From assembly GCA_039815185.1 (NCBI GenBank), contig JBCBZT010000008.1, positions 96,001 to 160,000 of the forward strand: DNA of 64,000 bases. The letters are read 5' to 3'. This document shows, piece by piece, positions 60,313 to 64,000 of this stretch (the stretch's first letter is position 1; every line of letters begins with the position of its first letter). The position numbers were made by a program, and so were the translations under genes. Origin of the DNA: Cyanobacteria bacterium P01_A01_bin.123 (GTDB lineage Bacteria > Cyanobacteriota > Cyanobacteriia > Phormidesmidales > Phormidesmidaceae). The notes under the pieces were generated by a model. The model did not search any database. It was not told where the DNA came from and worked only from the letters and a program-made list of their open reading frames with translations.

Positions 60313-60749
60313 CAGAGGATTTGAACTATCACATTAGTTTTGGACAGTGCGTATGCCCTTAAATGATTTGTTCTATAAATGGAATTTTGAGCGGTCTATA
60401 TAAAAATTAAGCCATCTAGCTGATGATGTTTGTATTTTTTCTGAGAGCTATCCAGATTCTGAAACGAAATAACCGCAAAATTAGAACTCAAGATCTCGAA
60501 TATAAGAGATTTTACTGATCGTGTAATCCTCAATTAACATCAAATCTCTTCAAAGGAGAGATTCTCTAAGCGATTTCAACTAAATAGGTTAAGAAATCCT
60601 CAGATTAGTTAATGCTTGATAAGGGGTGATGCCCCTTTGTCTGGAATCAATATTAGAGGGCACCTTGGGATTAGAAGTTATTTAGGAAATTTATCTTCAC
60701 GGTAGATTTTCTCAATCATGCCTTTATATCTGATTTCCAAGCATCTACC

Positions 60750-63173
60750 ATGATTCGGGACGCGCTCGTTGTTGGCATTAATCACTATCAAAAGCTACCT
60801 AAGCTACAGTCTCCTGCTCACGATGCAGAAGCGATCGCGAGTTGTTTAGAAACTTATGGTGAGTTTCGAGTTCATCGTATGCCAGAGATAATTACTTCTC
60901 ATCGTCCTAAAATTGGTCAACGAACAGAAGTCAGCACGCGCCAACTAGAAACCGCTTTGATTAAGCTATTTAAGCCAGACGGCAAGTCTATTCCTCAAAC
61001 AGCTATTTTTTACTTCTCTGGTCATGGTCTTCAAAGAAATGCAGGCATTCAAGAAGGATATCTTAGTACCAGTGAAGCGGATCCTGAAACTAGGCATTTT
61101 GGTGTATCACTATTTTGGTTACGGCGGCTTTTACAGGAAAGCCCAGTGCCTCAAAAAATTATATGGTTAGACTGTTGCCACAGCGGCGAGTTGCTTAACT
61201 TTTTGGAAGTTGATCCTGGTGCACAATCCGGAAGAGATCGACTATTCATGGCAGCATCTCGGGAATATGAAGCAGCTTATGAATCATTGACATCTAATTA
61301 CAGTGTCTTTACAAAGGCGCTGTTGAATGGTTTGAAGCCGCGATCAGATGGCCAGGATATTATCACCAGCTACAGCTTGATGAAATCTGTTAGCAGTCAG
61401 TTAAAAGGAGAACTCCAGCAACCACTCTTTGAGGCATCTGGTAGTGAAATTATTCTTACACGAAGTACTAGTCGTGAAGCATTTTTGCCACCTGCATCTA
61501 ACTCAACGCTGGATCGGCTAAAGCAACTCTCTCTCAAGTTCTGCCCCTTCCCAGGATTAAAGCCATTCTCAGAAAATCAAGGAGACTTTTTCTTTGGCCG
61601 GGAATTACTTACACAAGAACTGATACAGAATATTAAAAAAAATCGTTTCTGTACGATTGTTGGACCCTCTAATAGTGGAAAAACCTCTCTGTTGAAAGCA
61701 GGGCTTATCTATCAGCTGAAGCAACACCAGACAGAAAATCAAAAATGGGAGATCAGATACTTAACGCCTACTCAATCACCACTGATGAGCCTAGCATCGG
61801 CATTCATAAATCCTACCTCTACCTGTGTAGCTCGAGCTGAGCAACTACACCAAGCTGAAGGTCTTATATTAGAGGAGGAACATGGCCTCAATAAGCTCGC
61901 TCAAGCAAGTCTGATCGACAATTCCCCTACTCAGACTTTTCTTCAGAGCAAAACATTACTTCAGAGACCAGAGAGCCCTCAAGTTTTGCTGATTATTGAT
62001 CATTTTGAAGAACTCTTCACGCTTTGCAAAGATGAAAATCAACGGCAGCAATTTATTGCCTGCCTTGTTAAGGCTATACAATCTCGCGAGACAAACTTAC
62101 GTATTGTTTTTTCTATTCGAGACGACTATACCTTACCGCTTAGTTTTTACCCCAGACTCTTTAATTTAATGAATCAAAATAGCCTATATGTTCATGGTAT
62201 GAATTATGAGCAAATTAAGTCGACCATTGTTGAACCTGCAAAGAAGCTTGATATAGAGTTTGAGCCGACTCTAGTCTGCAACATATTATTAGACATCGTA
62301 GGTACGCCTGGTGAACTAAGCTTAGTTCAGCTTTTACTAGAAAGACTTTGGTCTAAGCAAATCTTAGGCTTATCAGGTAATGCTAAACGAATAACACTAC
62401 AACATTATGCTGACATAGGCGGTATTCATAGTGTAGTGAGTCAATACGCGACAGCTATTTATGAACAGCTATCTTTTGAGGAGCAGCAAGTCGCTCAGCG
62501 TATTTTTCTGTCGCTTTGTGAGATTAAAGAAGGCATGAAAAATAGTCAACGACGCATCAATAAGCTAGAGCTTATTAACGAAAATTTTTCGGCTGATATT
62601 ATTGAGCATACTCTTGAAAAACTTATTGATCTAAGATTAGTTGTGGTCGGGAAGGCAAAACTTTGCAATGTTCCGTTAGAATCATTTTCTACAAACAACA
62701 AAACTGTCGAGACTGTAGATATAGTCCACGAATCTTTGGTTCAGCACTGGGCTTTGCTTTGCAGATGGATTCAGGAAAATCAGGAAATACTTCAGCGAAA
62801 GCGATGGCTAGAATCCGCAGCTCAAGAATGGTATCAGCAAGGAGGGTCAACTGATCCAGAGAGTCTTCTGGTTAAAAATCGTCTCTTGGCAGCGGAATTT
62901 CTTTTGAGAAATTATCCTACAGAATTATCTACCTTAGCAAAAGAGTACGTTAGAATTAGTCGCCGCACTCAAAAATATAAACATTGGAAAGTTGCTCTCC
63001 TAAGTTTTCTAATTCCTTGCTCTATAATAGCTGGCTTCGCATGGTTTTTAAGTACTCGCCAGGATAGCCAAGAGCTAGCAAACTCAGCAGTTAAAGCTGT
63101 TAACATAGTGAAAGATTTAGGTATGCCTAAAGGGGCAATATTGTGTTGTGCCGACGAGATTGATTCCCTATAA
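60750..63173 (+). CDS. Caspase-family (C14) protease fused to a STAND (nSTAND1-like) NTPase and a C-terminal TM helix
   Basis: ALVVGIN, YFSGHG and LDCCHSG dyad; CPFPGLKPF, FFGRE, GPSNSGKTS, IDHFEELF, HESLV..W..L..W. Confidence 0.88.
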   Translation: MIRDALVVGINHYQKLPKLQSPAHDAEAIASCLETYGEFRVHRMPEIITSHRPKIGQRTEVSTRQLETALIKLFKPDGKSIPQTAIFYFSGHGLQRNAGIQEGYLSTSEADPETRHFGVSLFWLRRLLQESPVPQKIIWLDCCHSGELLNFLEVDPGAQSGRDRLFMAASREYEAAYESLTSNYSVFTKALLNGLKPRSDGQDIITSYSLMKSVSSQLKGELQQPLFEASGSEIILTRSTSREAFLPPASNSTLDRLKQLSLKFCPFPGLKPFSENQGDFFFGRELLTQELIQNIKKNRFCTIVGPSNSGKTSLLKAGLIYQLKQHQTENQKWEIRYLTPTQSPLMSLASAFINPTSTCVARAEQLHQAEGLILEEEHGLNKLAQASLIDNSPTQTFLQSKTLLQRPESPQVLLIIDHFEELFTLCKDENQRQQFIACLVKAIQSRETNLRIVFSIRDDYTLPLSFYPRLFNLMNQNSLYVHGMNYEQIKSTIVEPAKKLDIEFEPTLVCNILLDIVGTPGELSLVQLLLERLWSKQILGLSGNAKRITLQHYADIGGIHSVVSQYATAIYEQLSFEEQQVAQRIFLSLCEIKEGMKNSQRRINKLELINENFSADIIEHTLEKLIDLRLVVVGKAKLCNVPLESFSTNNKTVETVDIVHESLVQHWALLCRWIQENQEILQRKRWLESAAQEWYQQGGSTDPESLLVKNRLLAAEFLLRNYPTELSTLAKEYVRISRRTQKYKHWKVALLSFLIPCSIIAGFAWFLSTRQDSQELANSAVKAVNIVKDLGMPKGAILCCADEIDSL

Positions 63174-63212
63174 CGAGAGAAAGAGCTTAACAGGAGGGGC
63201 CATAGAAGAGAG

Positions 63213-63225
63213 GGCTCTGTTGCAA
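63213..63225 (+). mobile_element. Isolated IS6-type terminal inverted repeat
   Basis: GGCTCTGTTGCAA matches the IS6-family end motif GG(C/T)(A/T)CTGTTGCAA. The match is short and could be chance. Confidence 0.4.
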
Positions 63226-63383
63226 GTGAACCTCGAGCATTTGAGCTGGCGCGATGTGCGTTTAATCATTTGGCCCGTTGCCAAATACTCAGCAATACGG
63301 TCTGAAATCTCAAAATAGATCGCCCACGGTACTGATGCCTTTGAGCTGACAGTACGCCACCAAGTCTTCTTTGAGCCAATATC

Positions 63384-64000
63384 TTACGCGGTGGGTTTCA
63401 AAATATGTCCCATGGTTTCTCCATCCACGTTGCCACCGCTGAGAATCACTCCCACACGCCCTTGGGCTTGAACCACACCACTCAAAAGTGCGGCTAGTCC
63501 TAGCGCACCTGAAGGTTCTACCACAAGCTTCATACGATAGAAGAGAAACGCGACTGCCTGCATGATGGCTTGTTCTGAGACGGTTTGCATGTCGTCCACA
63601 TATTCGAGGATCAGCGGGAAGGTGAGTGAGCCCAGTGATGGGGAGCGGGTACCGTCTGCAATGGTTGGAGGGTTTTTGACGCTCTGGAGTTGCCCACTGC
63701 GGAAGGAACGCGTCGCATCGTCTGCTAGTTCAGGCTCAACACCGATAACTCGGCAACTTGGGGTGAGATGTTTAGCCGCGATCGCGGAACCGCTCAATAA
63801 TCCTCCTCCTCCACAAGGCACAAGTAGCGTATCGACAGCCACCTCGCTTAGAAGTTCTAGCGCCACCGTGCCTTGGCCCGCAATCACCTGGAGATGATTA
63901 AACGGTGGAATTAGGGTGTAGGGATGCTTTGCTTGGAGGGCAGATGCGGTTTCCTCACGAGTCGTCTTCTCAGGATCGTAAAGCACGACCTCCGCCCCAT
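63384..64000 (-). CDS. PLP-dependent threonine/serine dehydratase family (5' end outside window)
   Basis: IAGQGT, VPCGGGGLLSG, TIADG, VEPSGA and ILSGGN. The frame runs to the window edge. Confidence 0.9.
   Translation of the reverse strand, partial: GAEVVLYDPEKTTREETASALQAKHPYTLIPPFNHLQVIAGQGTVALELLSEVAVDTLLVPCGGGGLLSGSAIAAKHLTPSCRVIGVEPELADDATRSFRSGQLQSVKNPPTIADGTRSPSLGSLTFPLILEYVDDMQTVSEQAIMQAVAFLFYRMKLVVEPSGALGLAALLSGVVQAQGRVGVILSGGNVDGETMGHILKPTA

Noticed and set aside
63142..63318. Alternate frame open for ~58 codons across the caspase-STAND stop (possible frameshifted continuation)
   Set aside because: The translation shows no WD40, pentapeptide or other recognisable domain.

Overview
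Chromosomal window from a cyanobacterium, probably filamentous (inferred from abundant HIP1 GCGATCGC sites and the plmA, ycf37, sqdB/sqdX and aa3-type cox genes). Left arm (1-20 kb): an AT-richer Wzx/Wzy-type exopolysaccharide cluster (wza, wzc, ligase/polymerase, GT4, flippase, sulfotransferase, GT2, WecB/TagA) sits between two same-strand phosphoesterase genes that share an RTX/type-I secretion tail. One is a PhoD and the other is a 1669-aa nested phytase-like/2xGDPD protein with a candidate Pho box. Middle (20-50 kb): mostly core genes (plmA, purH, ctaA/ctaB plus ABC transporter, coxBAC, sqdB-sqdX, rpmI-rplT, ycf37, queD-like) and a glutamine riboswitch plus NtcA-like site in front of a DUF4278-PirA-like gene. 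Right arm (50-64 kb): accessory genes (serine hydrolase, SLH/beta-propeller, PAS/GAF-GGDEF-EAL) and an AT-rich island with decayed IS6 and IS4 relics and a caspase-STAND NTPase gene that lacks a sensor domain. Several families of short dispersed palindromic repeats and MITEs occupy the intergenic spacers. I saw no rRNA, tRNA or CRISPR array. All family assignments come from motif recognition by eye; no database search was run.
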